Shown here piece after piece: positions 49,780 through 59,580 of a DNA stretch of 64,000 nucleotides. The notes below the pieces were generated by a model, which saw only the letters and a list, made by a program, of their open reading frames with translations, ran no database searches and had not been told where the DNA came from. The position numbers were made by a program, and so were the translations under genes. How positions within the stretch are numbered: the stretch's first letter is position 1; every line of letters begins with the position of its first letter. The DNA comes from Rhodanobacter sp. (GTDB lineage: Bacteria; Pseudomonadota; Gammaproteobacteria; Xanthomonadales; Rhodanobacteraceae). The stretch is from assembly GCA_044464225.1 (NCBI GenBank), contig JBIQLN010000005.1, positions 31,659-95,658 on the forward strand. The letters run 5' to 3'.

Positions 49780-51047
49780 TGGGCGCGTTCACGCAATGGT
49801 TCAACGAGCGCACGCCGGGCCTGGGCGCTGTCTACAAGAAGCACATGACCGAGTACTACGCGCCGAAGAACTTCAACGTGATGTACTACTTCGGTTCGCT
49901 GGCGCTGCTGGTGCTGGTGAACCAGATCGTCACCGGCATCTTCCTGACGATGTTCTACACGCCGACCGCGGCCGGCGCGTTCGATTCGGTGCAGTACATC
50001 ATGCGCGACGTGCATTGGGGCTGGCTGGTGCGCTACATGCACGTCACCGGCGCCTCGATGTTCTTCATCGTGGTGTACCTGCACATGTTCCGCGGACTGA
50101 TGTACGGGTCGTACAAGAAGCCGCGCGAGCTGGTGTGGCTGCTCGGCATGTTGATTTTCCTGGCGCTGATGGCCGAAGCCTTCATGGGCTACGTGCTGCC
50201 ATGGGGCAACATGTCGTTCTGGGGCGCCAAGGTGATCATCACCCTGTTCTCGGCGGTGCCGGTGATCGGCGCGCAGCTGGTGGACTGGATCATGGGCAGC
50301 TTCGTGCCGTCCGATCCGACGCTCAACCGCTTCTTCGCGCTGCACGTGGTCGCGCTGCCGCTGGTGTTGCTGCTGCTGGTGGTGCTGCACCTGGGTGCGC
50401 TGCATGAAGTCGGCTCCAACAACCCCGACGGCGTCGAGATCAAGAAGCACAAGGGCGCCAATGGCCTGCCGCTGGACGGCATTCCCTTCCACCCGTACTA
50501 CACGGTGAAGGACCTGGTCGGCGTGGGTGTGTTCCTGATCATCTGCGCAATCATCATCTTCTTCGAGCCGACCGTGGGCGGGTTCTTCCTCGAACACGAC
50601 AACTCGATTCCGGCCAACGACCTGGTTACGCCCGCCGCGATCAAGCCGGTGTGGTACTTCTCGCCGTTCTACGCGATCCTGCGGATGATTCCCAGCAAGG
50701 GCTGGGGCGTGATCGCGATGGCGCTGTCGATCATCGTGCTGTTCCTCGTGCCCTGGCTCGATCGCGGCAAGGTCAAGTCGGTCCGTTTTCGCGGCCTCGG
50801 CTACAAGGTGGCCCTGACGATCTTCGCGATCGTGTTCGTCCTGCTGTGTGCGATCGGCGCGGACCTGACGCCGGGTTGGATCGTGTCCATCTTCGGTCCC
50901 GACGCCGACATCACCACGATCGAAAACCTGTTCGGCCGGACCCTGGTGGTCCTGTACTTCGGGTTCTTCGTATTCCTGTGGGTCTATACGTTCTTCGGAT
51001 TGGAGAAGACCAAGCCGGTTCCAGAAAGGGTGAGCACGCATGACTGA
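49779..51047 (+). CDS. petB: Cytochrome b
   Basis: 422 aa with conserved haem-ligand helices (RYMHVTGASMFF, FALHVVALP) and a PEWY-region equivalent (PVWYF). Confidence 0.97.
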   Translation: MGAFTQWFNERTPGLGAVYKKHMTEYYAPKNFNVMYYFGSLALLVLVNQIVTGIFLTMFYTPTAAGAFDSVQYIMRDVHWGWLVRYMHVTGASMFFIVVYLHMFRGLMYGSYKKPRELVWLLGMLIFLALMAEAFMGYVLPWGNMSFWGAKVIITLFSAVPVIGAQLVDWIMGSFVPSDPTLNRFFALHVVALPLVLLLLVVLHLGALHEVGSNNPDGVEIKKHKGANGLPLDGIPFHPYYTVKDLVGVGVFLIICAIIIFFEPTVGGFFLEHDNSIPANDLVTPAAIKPVWYFSPFYAILRMIPSKGWGVIAMALSIIVLFLVPWLDRGKVKSVRFRGLGYKVALTIFAIVFVLLCAIGADLTPGWIVSIFGPDADITTIENLFGRTLVVLYFGFFVFLWVYTFFGLEKTKPVPERVSTHD

Positions 51048-51807
51048 CAAGACTTTCCGCGCGTCCATGCGCACCCTTTCGGCCCTGCTGATCACGCTTG
51101 CCGTGGCCCTGGCGGCCGCGCCCTCCGCGTTGGCGGAAGAGGGTGGCGGTTACGCCAACGCCAACATCAACGTGCACGACCAGGCGTCGTTGCAGCGTGG
51201 CGCACGCCTGTTCATGAACTACTGCGTGGGCTGCCATTCCCTGAAGTATCTGCGCTATTCGCAGATGGCGGATGGGCTGGGGCTTACCGAGAAGCAGGTG
51301 ATGGAAAACCTGAATTTCACGGGTGCGAAGTTCGGCGAGCCGATCGTGTCGGCGATGCCGGCGGCCGAAGCCGAGAAATGGTTCGGCAAGGTGCCGCCCG
51401 ACCTGTCGCTGGAAGTCAGCGCCAAGGGCGCGGACTGGGTTTCGGCCTACCTCAAGGCGTTCTATCTAGATCCGGCCACCAACAGTGGCTGGAACAACAC
51501 GGTATTCCCGAACGTCGCGATGCCGTTCCCGCTGTGGCAGTTGCAGGGCGAGCAGGTGGCGGTGATGAATCCGCCCGAGAATGGCCAGCCCGCCACCGTC
51601 AAGGAACTGAAGCTCGCCCAGGCCGGCAGCATGACGCCCGCGCAATACGACCAGGCCGTCCGCGATCTCACCGCGTTCCTGGCCTACGTGTCCTCGCCGG
51701 ACGAGCTGCCGCGCAGCCGGATCGGTGCCTGGGTGGTGATTTATCTGGTACTTTTCACCCTGTTCGCCTTTGTGCTGAAAAAGGAATACTGGAAGGACGT
51801 GCATTGA
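51040..51807 (+). CDS. petC: Cytochrome c1
   Basis: Signal peptide, haem-binding CVGCHS and a C-terminal TM anchor. Confidence 0.93.
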   Translation: MTDKTFRASMRTLSALLITLAVALAAAPSALAEEGGGYANANINVHDQASLQRGARLFMNYCVGCHSLKYLRYSQMADGLGLTEKQVMENLNFTGAKFGEPIVSAMPAAEAEKWFGKVPPDLSLEVSAKGADWVSAYLKAFYLDPATNSGWNNTVFPNVAMPFPLWQLQGEQVAVMNPPENGQPATVKELKLAQAGSMTPAQYDQAVRDLTAFLAYVSSPDELPRSRIGAWVVIYLVLFTLFAFVLKKEYWKDVH

Positions 51808-51864
51808 CCGGCGGTGGCTTCGCCCGTCCAATGCCCACACCCGGGACTGTCGCGTCACCGGACC

Positions 51865-51886
51865 TAGGGCCTGCAAACAGGCCCTA
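51865..51886 (+). terminator. Stem-loop between petC and sspA (possible terminator/attenuator)
   Basis: Perfect 9-bp stem tagggcctg / caggcccta with loop caaa. No U-tract. Confidence 0.35.
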
Positions 51887-51908
51887 ATCGCCCAAAGGGG
51901 ACACTGGC

Positions 51909-52535
51909 ATGATCCAAACCGCACATACCCGCACCGTGCTGACACTGTTCACCGCGCCCGACGACGTGCAGTCGCATCGGGTGCGGCTGGTGTTGGCCGC
52001 CAAGGGCGTGGTCTACGACCGCGTGGAAGTGCCCCCCGGCAAACCCCACGAGGAACTGCTTTCGATCAATCCCTACGGCGACACCCCGACCCTGCAGGAC
52101 CGCGACATGGTCCTGTACGAACCGGACGTCGTTTGCGAGTACATCGACGAGCGTTATCCGCATCCGCCGCTGATGCCGGTCGATCCGCTTTCGCGGGCGC
52201 GCCTGCGGTTGGCCTGCGTGCGGATCGAACGCGACTGGGTGCCGGAAGTGGCGAACATCCGGGCCGGCGGACGCGGTGCCGAGGCTGCACGCAAGCGGCT
52301 GTGCGACCACCTGATGGCGGCACTGCCGCTGTTCAAGGCGGCGAAGTTTTTCCTGAACCCGGAAATCAGCCTCGCCGATTGCCTGGTCGCACCGGTGGTG
52401 TGGCGCCTGCCGTCGCTCGGTGTGTCGCTGCCCAAGGAAGCCAAGCCCATCGTCGATTACGGCGAGCGGTTGTTCCGCAGCCAGGGCTTCGCGCGCAGCC
52501 TCACCCCCGAAGAGCGCATGCTGGGCGAGTTGTGA
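51909..52535 (+). CDS. sspA: Stringent starvation protein A
   Basis: GST-like fold, 208 aa. Contains LFTAPDDVQSHRVRLVLAAKGV and is followed by sspB. Confidence 0.95.
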   Translation: MIQTAHTRTVLTLFTAPDDVQSHRVRLVLAAKGVVYDRVEVPPGKPHEELLSINPYGDTPTLQDRDMVLYEPDVVCEYIDERYPHPPLMPVDPLSRARLRLACVRIERDWVPEVANIRAGGRGAEAARKRLCDHLMAALPLFKAAKFFLNPEISLADCLVAPVVWRLPSLGVSLPKEAKPIVDYGERLFRSQGFARSLTPEERMLGEL

Positions 52536-52552
52536 CAGAGCAAACCCCCACC

Positions 52553-53053
52553 ATGACGTCCAACCGTCCGTACCTGTTGCGGGCGGTGCACGAATGGATT
52601 TGCGACAACGGCCTCACTCCGTACATCGTGGTCGATGCCGCGAAGCCGGGCGTGCAGGTGCCGCCGCAGGCGATCAGCGACGGCCGGGTCGTGCTGAACC
52701 TCGCGCCACGCGCGATTGCGCGGCTGGATATCGGCAACGATGCGATCACCTTCATGGCGCGCTTCGGTGGCGTCAGCCATGCGGTCAGCGTGCCGGTCGC
52801 CGCCGTGCAGGCGATCTATGCGCGCGAAAACGGCCAGGGCATGCTGCTGGCCGATGATGCCGCGGGCACGGCTTCGCCCGAAGCATCCCCGGACGCATCG
52901 CCCGCCAGACCCGCCACGCCTGCCTTGCAGGCGGTGCCGACCTCCGCGCAGGACGCCTCCCTGTCCGACGGCGAAGGCGAAAAAAGCGATGAGGGCAGCG
53001 AACCCGACAAGCCGCGGCCCAAGGGCAAGCCAAGCCTGCACGTCGTGAAATGA
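52553..53053 (+). CDS. sspB: ClpXP adaptor SspB
   Basis: Trimmed to MTSNRPYLLRAVHEWICDNGLTPYIVVDA. Disordered acidic tail ending in a ClpX-binding-like LHVVK. Confidence 0.9.
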   Translation: MTSNRPYLLRAVHEWICDNGLTPYIVVDAAKPGVQVPPQAISDGRVVLNLAPRAIARLDIGNDAITFMARFGGVSHAVSVPVAAVQAIYARENGQGMLLADDAAGTASPEASPDASPARPATPALQAVPTSAQDASLSDGEGEKSDEGSEPDKPRPKGKPSLHVVK

Positions 53054-53212
53054 CGCATGCCGGGGCGCGACGCGCACGGCCAGGCCCCTGCCGTTGAGCA
53101 TACCCCGGCGAATGCCGGGACCAATGTTTCCGTTCCCGGGTCCAAATGCGCCGGTTGGGCCGGCGTCGGCTTTCATGGCGGGAGTCCAGCGATTCCCGAT
53201 CGGCAGGTGGCG

Positions 53213-53632
53213 TCAGTGCAACGTTCTTCGTGCACGCGCGATCGGCACGGCCTTGTTGCCGGCGCCCGGTGCAATCTGCATCGGCGGGCGGGCGCGCAGC
53301 GCGGCGACCGCAGACGCGCCGGCATCGCGGTCCTGGCCCGCGGGCATGCTTTCCGCGAGGATGCGATCACCCAGCAGTCGGATGCTGGCGGGCTGGCGAT
53401 CATCGCCACCGCGGCTCGTCTCGAATCGGTATTCGCGCATCACATGCAGCGCGCCGCGCCGCCAAACCACCTGCAGGCGATGCAACGCCACGCTGTCGTC
53501 GAGCAATTGCACGCCGTGCCGTTCGCACAGGTTTCGTGCATGCCTCGTCGCGCGTTCGCGCAGCCGCAGCACGTGGTACCACGAACCGATCAGCACCATG
53601 AATGCCAGCAGCGGCAGCCAGACTTCCAGCAC
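53213..53632 (-). CDS. DUF3301-family membrane protein
   Basis: N-terminal TM segment then RLRERATRHARNLCERHGVQLLDDSVALHRLQVVWRRGALHVMREYRFE, which fits DUF3301 (from memory). GTG start chosen for its GAGGA Shine-Dalgarno. The track ORF begins at 53677. Confidence 0.65.
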   Translation of the reverse strand: MLEVWLPLLAFMVLIGSWYHVLRLRERATRHARNLCERHGVQLLDDSVALHRLQVVWRRGALHVMREYRFETSRGGDDRQPASIRLLGDRILAESMPAGQDRDAGASAVAALRARPPMQIAPGAGNKAVPIARARRTLH

Positions 53633-53728
53633 GTCACGATCCTCGCTCACGCGTCCGGGCGCGTTCGCACCCATCATGCCTGCATCGGCATGCTAAAGAC
53701 AGATCAGGGATATGGGGGCTGGCGGGCC

Positions 53729-54193
53729 TTATTTCACGCGTTCGACGCGCACGCTCTGGTTGCAGCCCTGCACGTACATCAGCCAGCTGCCGAGGATCAT
53801 CGGCTTGATGGTGACTTCGGGGCTGTCGACGTCGGGACACGAGTACGCCCCGGACTCGGCCTGCTTCCAGACCTGGCCGTTGTCGAGCGTGAAAGTGGTA
53901 TGGCCGCTCCAGCCGTTGAAGTGTCCGACCAGGTGCGTGTTGAACTTGTCACGCGGCTGGTTGTCCGGATAGAACACCGGTTGGCCGCTGGCCGAGACCA
54001 TCTTGGTCTGCTCGTGCGTGCGCAGCCAGTTGTCGAGGTTCTGAAGTTCCTGCGGCGTGAGCTTGTCGAGGCCCGCAGCCTTGAAGTCGGCCGCGGACAT
54101 GCGCTCCTCCAGCGAAGAAAACTGTTGCGCCATGACGGGCAGGGCGGTGATCAGCAGGGCCAGGGCGGCCGGCAACATCAGTCGGGTGCGCAT
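53729..54193 (-). CDS. Secreted conserved hypothetical protein
   Basis: Signal peptide MRTRLMLPAALALLITALPVMA. 154 aa with protein-like composition and two Cys. No family recognised. Confidence 0.62.
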   Translation of the reverse strand: MRTRLMLPAALALLITALPVMAQQFSSLEERMSAADFKAAGLDKLTPQELQNLDNWLRTHEQTKMVSASGQPVFYPDNQPRDKFNTHLVGHFNGWSGHTTFTLDNGQVWKQAESGAYSCPDVDSPEVTIKPMILGSWLMYVQGCNQSVRVERVK

Positions 54194-54302
54194 GGGCGGC
54201 GATAATAGCAGTGCCCCATCCGAGCCGCACGGGGTTCATGGAGAGTCCCGTTCAATACATGGATATCTTTCGGCGGCCTTTCGGGGCGCGGTCGTTTCGC
54301 TC

Positions 54303-56399
54303 ATGGATCCATCGTCGACGAACATCGATTCCGGGCCCGAGGCCCCCGTCGCCATCTTGTCCGCGGACGAGCGCGCGCTGTGGGGGGACGTCGATGCACT
54401 GCTGCGGGACATCGGCTGTGACGCGGAAACCCGCGCGGCGGCGGGATGGTACGCGGTGGCCGGGGCGAGTCCGCAGGCGTGGCATGCCCAACGCGGGTGC
54501 GCACCGGAATCGTTGCGCCGGCTGGTCGAAGGGCAGCAGCAGGCCGAACGCGTGTGGGCGTTGCATGCATCCCGTGACGTGGCCGGCGGCAGCGAAGGGC
54601 TGCGCCGGCTGCTGCTGGCGATCATCCGCGATCTTCGCGTCGTGTACCTGTTGCTGGCGTGGCAGTTGGCGCAGTTGCGCGCCGCGGCTTCGCGACCCGA
54701 AGCCGAACGTCGGGAACTGGCGCAACTGACGCGCGATATCCACGCGCCGCTCGCCAACCGGCTCGGTATCGGCCAATGGAAATGGGAACTGGAAGACCTG
54801 GCGTTCCGCTATTTGCAGCCCGACACGTATCGCCGCATAGCCGAGCTGCTGGACGAGCGCCGCGTCGATCGCGAGGCGTGGATCGCGCGGTGCGTCGAGA
54901 CGTTGCGCGAGGCATTGCGTGCCCAGGGCATCGAAGCCGTGGTCAACGGGCGCGCCAAGCACATCTATTCCATCTGGCGGAAGATGCAGCGCAAGCGCGT
55001 CGGGTTCGGCGAGTTGTACGACATCCGCGCATTGCGGGTGCTTACCCGCAGCGTGGCCGACTGCTACGCGGTGCTCGGCGTGGTGCACGCGTTGTGGCCG
55101 ATCATCCCGCAGGAATTCGACGACTACATCGCGCGGCCCAAGGGCAACAACTACCGTTCGCTGCACACTGCCGTGATCGGGCCGGAAGGCAAGACGCTGG
55201 AAGTGCAGATCCGCACCGAGGAAATGCACCGCGGCGCCGAACTCGGCGTGGCTGCGCACTGGCGGTACAAGGAGGGCGGTGGCGGCGATGCCGCGTACCA
55301 GGCGCGTGTTGCATGGATGCGCAAGCTGCTCGAAACCCGGGGCGAGGGTGAGGACGAAGCGGCGCTGGCGGCCGAACTGCGTGCGGAACTGGCCGAGGAT
55401 CGCGTCTACCTCCTGACGCCCAAGGGCGAGGTGATCGACCTGCCCACCGGCGCGACGGTACTCGATTTTGCCTACCACGTGCACACGATGGTCGGGCACC
55501 GCTGCCGCGGCGCCAAGGTCAATGGCCGCATCGTGCCGCTGACGTACCAGCCCGCCAGCGGTGACCGCATAGAAATCCTCACCGCCCGCGATCCCGCACC
55601 CAGCCGCGACTGGATGTCGCCGCAGCTGGGTTATCTCGCCACTGCAAGCGCGCGCGGCAAGCTGCGCGCGTGGTTCCGCCGGGAGGATCTCGCGGCCAAC
55701 GTCACCGCCGGCAAGCTGCTGCTGGAACGGGAAGTGCGTCGCCTCGGCATTCACGAGGACGTGCTGGAAACCCTGCCGGCCAGGCTGGGGCGCAAGAGCC
55801 GGGACGATCTGCTGATGGCACTCGCACTGGGTGAAATCGGCGTCGCGCAACTGACCCGTGCGATGCTGGAAACGCAACCGGCCCCGCAACCGCCACCCGC
55901 AAAACCCCCGCGGCGCATCCCGGCGGGTGCCGGTTCCGGAAAGGCCGGCGCGGTGACCGTGGAAGGCGTAGGCAATTTGTTGACGACGCTCGCGCGCTGC
56001 TGCCGCCCGCTACCGGGCGACGAGGTCATCGGCTACGTCACCCGCGGACGCGGTGTCACCGTGCATCGCGCCGACTGCGCCGCACTGGCGCGACTGCGCG
56101 CGCGCGACCCCGCACGGGTGATCGAGGTCCGCTGGCACAGCGCGCCCGACCGCGCCTATGAAGTCGACATCGCCGTGATCGGCTACGACCGCCGCGACCT
56201 CCAGCGGGACGTCACCAACGTGGTGGCCAACAGCGGCGCGCGCATCGTGGCCTCGGACAGCCGCAGCAATGGCGATCTCGGCGAGCTGGCGATGCATTTC
56301 ACGTTGCGCGTGCGCGACTACGGTGAATTGTCGTCGTTGCTGGCCCGCCTTGCGGCGCTGCCCAACATCACCGACGTACGCCGGCTGGCCGCTGGCTGA
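54303..56399 (+). CDS. relA: GTP pyrophosphokinase RelA ((p)ppGpp synthetase I)
   Basis: Trimmed to MDPSSTNID. Synthetase motifs HIYSIWRKMQRK, YRSLHTAV, EVQIRTEEMH, a TGS region (VYLLTPKGEVIDLPTGATVLDFAY) and a C-terminal ACT-like domain. No HD hydrolase HD dyad was noted. Confidence 0.92.
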   Translation: MDPSSTNIDSGPEAPVAILSADERALWGDVDALLRDIGCDAETRAAAGWYAVAGASPQAWHAQRGCAPESLRRLVEGQQQAERVWALHASRDVAGGSEGLRRLLLAIIRDLRVVYLLLAWQLAQLRAAASRPEAERRELAQLTRDIHAPLANRLGIGQWKWELEDLAFRYLQPDTYRRIAELLDERRVDREAWIARCVETLREALRAQGIEAVVNGRAKHIYSIWRKMQRKRVGFGELYDIRALRVLTRSVADCYAVLGVVHALWPIIPQEFDDYIARPKGNNYRSLHTAVIGPEGKTLEVQIRTEEMHRGAELGVAAHWRYKEGGGGDAAYQARVAWMRKLLETRGEGEDEAALAAELRAELAEDRVYLLTPKGEVIDLPTGATVLDFAYHVHTMVGHRCRGAKVNGRIVPLTYQPASGDRIEILTARDPAPSRDWMSPQLGYLATASARGKLRAWFRREDLAANVTAGKLLLEREVRRLGIHEDVLETLPARLGRKSRDDLLMALALGEIGVAQLTRAMLETQPAPQPPPAKPPRRIPAGAGSGKAGAVTVEGVGNLLTTLARCCRPLPGDEVIGYVTRGRGVTVHRADCAALARLRARDPARVIEVRWHSAPDRAYEVDIAVIGYDRRDLQRDVTNVVANSGARIVASDSRSNGDLGELAMHFTLRVRDYGELSSLLARLAALPNITDVRRLAAG

Positions 56400-56807
56400 A
56401 CGCTGCGGCATGGGCGGCAGGAGTGCCGGTGGTCCAATGCTAAGATGCGTCGTGCCGCGGCTCGAACAGGTGGAACCGGTGCAGGTCGCCGCGGTCTCAC
56501 GGATACGAATGGGTACGCCGGACTGGGCTTCGGCGACGAGACCCGCCGGCGCTCTGCCAAATGATCGTGCAACCGACCATTGCCCGCAGGGCAATCGGGG
56601 GGCGAGGAAGAGACATGTCGGTACACACGCGATTGATGGCGCGGTCCTGCGGGCAAACGGGCCGAACCGGCGTGCTGCTCCGCGGCGGCCGCCACCCGTC
56701 GGTGCTCGGCCTTGGCCATGGAAACACACCCGAGCAGGGGCATGCCTCGCCCGCCACCGCGACGAAAACAAGCCAGCCGGTTTGGCGATGCGCCAGCAGG
56801 CCTTAGG

Positions 56808-58583
56808 ATGAATGTTCGACGCGATTCTTCTTCACGCGACACGCCACGCCGGACCGATCCGACGCTGGGGGATCTCGATCAGCTGGACGCCGGCGCTGAC
56901 CGGCGCGGTTCCGCGCGCGAGCGTGAGCCCGAGCGCCCGGCGTCCGCCCCGCGGCCACCTCCATTCAACACCCGCCCGGTGCGCAGGCGTCCATTGCGCC
57001 GCCGCCATCCGGTGCGATGGTCGCTGATCATCGTGGCGGTGGTGCTGGTGGGGGTGATCGGTTGGCTGTGGAGCCATCAGGCGATGCTCAGCAGCATGCT
57101 GCCGCAGACGCAGTTGAATGCGCTGCTGACGCGCGCGGATACCGCGTACTCGGCGGGCAACCTGGCCGGCGGACCCGAAAGCGCGCGCGACCTGTACGAG
57201 GCCGCGCGTGCGCTCGATCCCGACAACGAACACGCGCTGACGGGATTGCAGAACGTCGGCCACGCGGAACTCGATCGCGCCCAGGCGGCCTTGAAGAAGC
57301 GTGATTACGCCTCCGCGCGATCTGCGCTGGAGGAAGCCCGCAGCCTGCTGGGTGGCGGGGCCGCGGTCGAGGGAATGGACAAGGAGCTGGCGAAAGCGGT
57401 CCTGGAAACGTCCAACGTGGACGTCCTGGTCAACCAGGCACGCGCCGCGCTTGCGAACGGCCACATCGACGGGGACGATGGCGCCGCGGCATTGTTCGGA
57501 AAGGTGCTCGCCGGCGACCCGCACAATGCGGTCGCGCGGCATGGCATGGATCAAATCGGCGATCTGCTCGCCACCCGCCTCCAGGGCCAGCTCGGTGGCA
57601 ACGATCTCGCGGGCGCCAAGCAGACACTCTCCCAACTTGCGGGGCTGCTGCCGCGCTATTCGCAACTGCCGACACTGCGTGCCAGCGTCGCCGCCGCGGA
57701 GCGCAGTTCCGATTCGCAACGCGACCAGTACCTCGACAAGGGGCAGGCTTATCTGCGTGCCGGCAAAATCACCGGCGCGGGCGACGACAACGCCGAAGCA
57801 CAGTTCAAGGCGGCGCTGGCGATCGCACCCGCCAATGACCAGGCCAGGGCAGGGCTGGGGCAGGTTGCCGATGCCTTGATCGTCCAGGCCAATGCCGCGA
57901 TGGAATCGGGACATTTGCAGGACGCGAAAACGTTGCTCGACCACGCAGCCGAGCTGGCGCCCAAGGCGGCCGATCTTGCGGCGGCGCGTTCGCGTCTCGC
58001 GTCCAGTGAAGCCCGACCGGCACCGGAAGCGGCACAGGATGCGCCGGCACGTACCGCGGTTGCGGGAGACGAAGCCGGACAAACGCCGGCGAATTCCGCT
58101 CCGCCCCCGCCCGCGCCGCTGACGCCGGCGCAATCAGCCAAGGTCGCGCGGCTGGTGGCGCGCGCGAAGATCGCAGCGCGCCGGGGCGACATCATGTTGC
58201 CGCCCGGCGACAGCGCGTACGACCTGTATCGAGCCGCGCTGGGCATCGATGGTGACAATGCCGAGGCGCAGGCCGGGTTGCACGCGCTGCCGGAAGTGAC
58301 CCGCGCCCAATTCGACCAGGCGGTGCGCGAAGACAATCTGGATCATGCGCACGACATGCTGGAGACGCTGCAGCAACTCGACCCTGGCGATCCCGCCATG
58401 CCGGCCATGCGCCACAGGCTGGGCAGCGCCTGGCTCGATCGCGCGGACCATTACGTCGGGCTTGGCGAGTTGGCGGCTGCGCGCACGGCGTTGCAGGAAG
58501 CGCAACGCCTGGTGCCCCAGGATCCGCGCCTCGCCCAGGTCGGTGCGAGAATCCAGCGCGGCGATCGGGGAAGGTCGGAATAA
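56808..58583 (+). CDS. Single-pass membrane protein with long Ala-rich TPR/Sel1-like periplasmic repeats
   Basis: Arg-rich cytoplasmic N-terminus and a TM segment WSLIIVAVVLVGVIGWLW. Then repeated A..L....P.N..A..GL helical-hairpin units (YEAARALDPDNEHALTGL, FKAALAIAPANDQARAGL, YRAALGIDGDNAEAQAGL). Confidence 0.65.
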   Translation: MNVRRDSSSRDTPRRTDPTLGDLDQLDAGADRRGSAREREPERPASAPRPPPFNTRPVRRRPLRRRHPVRWSLIIVAVVLVGVIGWLWSHQAMLSSMLPQTQLNALLTRADTAYSAGNLAGGPESARDLYEAARALDPDNEHALTGLQNVGHAELDRAQAALKKRDYASARSALEEARSLLGGGAAVEGMDKELAKAVLETSNVDVLVNQARAALANGHIDGDDGAAALFGKVLAGDPHNAVARHGMDQIGDLLATRLQGQLGGNDLAGAKQTLSQLAGLLPRYSQLPTLRASVAAAERSSDSQRDQYLDKGQAYLRAGKITGAGDDNAEAQFKAALAIAPANDQARAGLGQVADALIVQANAAMESGHLQDAKTLLDHAAELAPKAADLAAARSRLASSEARPAPEAAQDAPARTAVAGDEAGQTPANSAPPPPAPLTPAQSAKVARLVARAKIAARRGDIMLPPGDSAYDLYRAALGIDGDNAEAQAGLHALPEVTRAQFDQAVREDNLDHAHDMLETLQQLDPGDPAMPAMRHRLGSAWLDRADHYVGLGELAAARTALQEAQRLVPQDPRLAQVGARIQRGDRGRSE

Positions 58584-58630
58584 CTGTCGCGCACGGGCGC
58601 GGCGCAGCAGGGGCGCAAGGGCGGGCCGCA

Positions 58631-59479
58631 ATGGGTGAATGGCACGAGGAGACGGTGCTGGTGTTTGGCGCCAGCAGCCAGATCGGCTGGTTTCTATTGC
58701 CCGAACTGGGACGAACGGGAGCGCCCGTGCTGGCGTTGTCGCGCACGGTGCAATCCCCGGTTGCAGGCGCGACCTGGTTGCAAGGCGCACTGCCCCTGCC
58801 GCCGCCTGCCGCGGACGCGGCCGTCTCCGTCTGCAGCTTCGCGCCGCTGGGGGCGCTGGCTCGATGGATCCACTCCGGTGCGGCGCCAAGGCTCGAGCGC
58901 GTCGTGGCGACCAGTTCGATGAGCGCCGAAAGCAAACAGGCCTCGCCGGTTGCAGGCGAGCGTGAGATATCAAGGCGACTGCGCGAAGGCGAAGCCGCCT
59001 TGGCGCGCGCATGCGAAAAGCGCGGCGTCGCGTGGACAATATTCCGTCCGACCCTAATCTACGGCGCGGCCCGCGACAAAAGCCTCACCCCGCTCGCACG
59101 ACGCGCGGTGCGCTGGCGGGTATTCGGGTTGCCGACGGGCTCGGGTTTACGCCAGCCGGTGCATGCCGCCGACGTCGCAACCGCGGTGGTGCGGGCGTTG
59201 GGCGGCGGCGCGGAAGGACGCGTCCTGCAGATGGGCGGCGGCGAGCGTTTGATGGCAAGCGCCATGTTCGAACGGGTGCGCGCCAGTTTGCCGGTCCGCG
59301 TGCTCGCGGTGCGCATCCCCGAAACGATGGTCCGCGCCGGCGCGCGCGCCCTGCCGTTCCTGCGCGGGCCACTGCTGCGGCTGGAACAGGATCTGGTCGC
59401 CGACAACAGCGAAGTCGAACGCCTCCTCGATGTGCATCCACGCGGTTTCCAACCCGATCGCGCCTGTTGGGGGCTTTGA
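58631..59479 (+). CDS. NAD(P)-binding Rossmann-fold epimerase/dehydratase-like (SDR) protein
   Basis: N-terminal VLVFGASSQIGWFL (GxxGxxG-like). 282 aa. Lies next to a glycosyltransferase. Confidence 0.65.
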   Translation: MGEWHEETVLVFGASSQIGWFLLPELGRTGAPVLALSRTVQSPVAGATWLQGALPLPPPAADAAVSVCSFAPLGALARWIHSGAAPRLERVVATSSMSAESKQASPVAGEREISRRLREGEAALARACEKRGVAWTIFRPTLIYGAARDKSLTPLARRAVRWRVFGLPTGSGLRQPVHAADVATAVVRALGGGAEGRVLQMGGGERLMASAMFERVRASLPVRVLAVRIPETMVRAGARALPFLRGPLLRLEQDLVADNSEVERLLDVHPRGFQPDRACWGL

Positions 59480-59580
59480 AGTCGGCGTCGGTGCGGCGAC
59501 AATCACGCGGCCATGTCGAGCAACCACCGCCTCTCGTGTCGAATCGTGCCCGGGCAACGCCACGTGCCGATGGCCGTGCC

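Noticed and set aside
54252-55889. 545-aa ORF antisense to relA
   Set aside because: High-GC antisense artefact. RelA motifs are on the plus strand.
56400-56807. Known housekeeping RNAs (RNase P RNA, SRP/4.5S RNA, tmRNA, 6S RNA) in the relA downstream gap
   Set aside because: I found no GAGGAAAGTCC-type RNase P core, no SRP GGAAGCAGCC-type domain IV string and no tmRNA 5' GGGG..tag-ORF features. 6S cannot be excluded by eye but has no supporting context.
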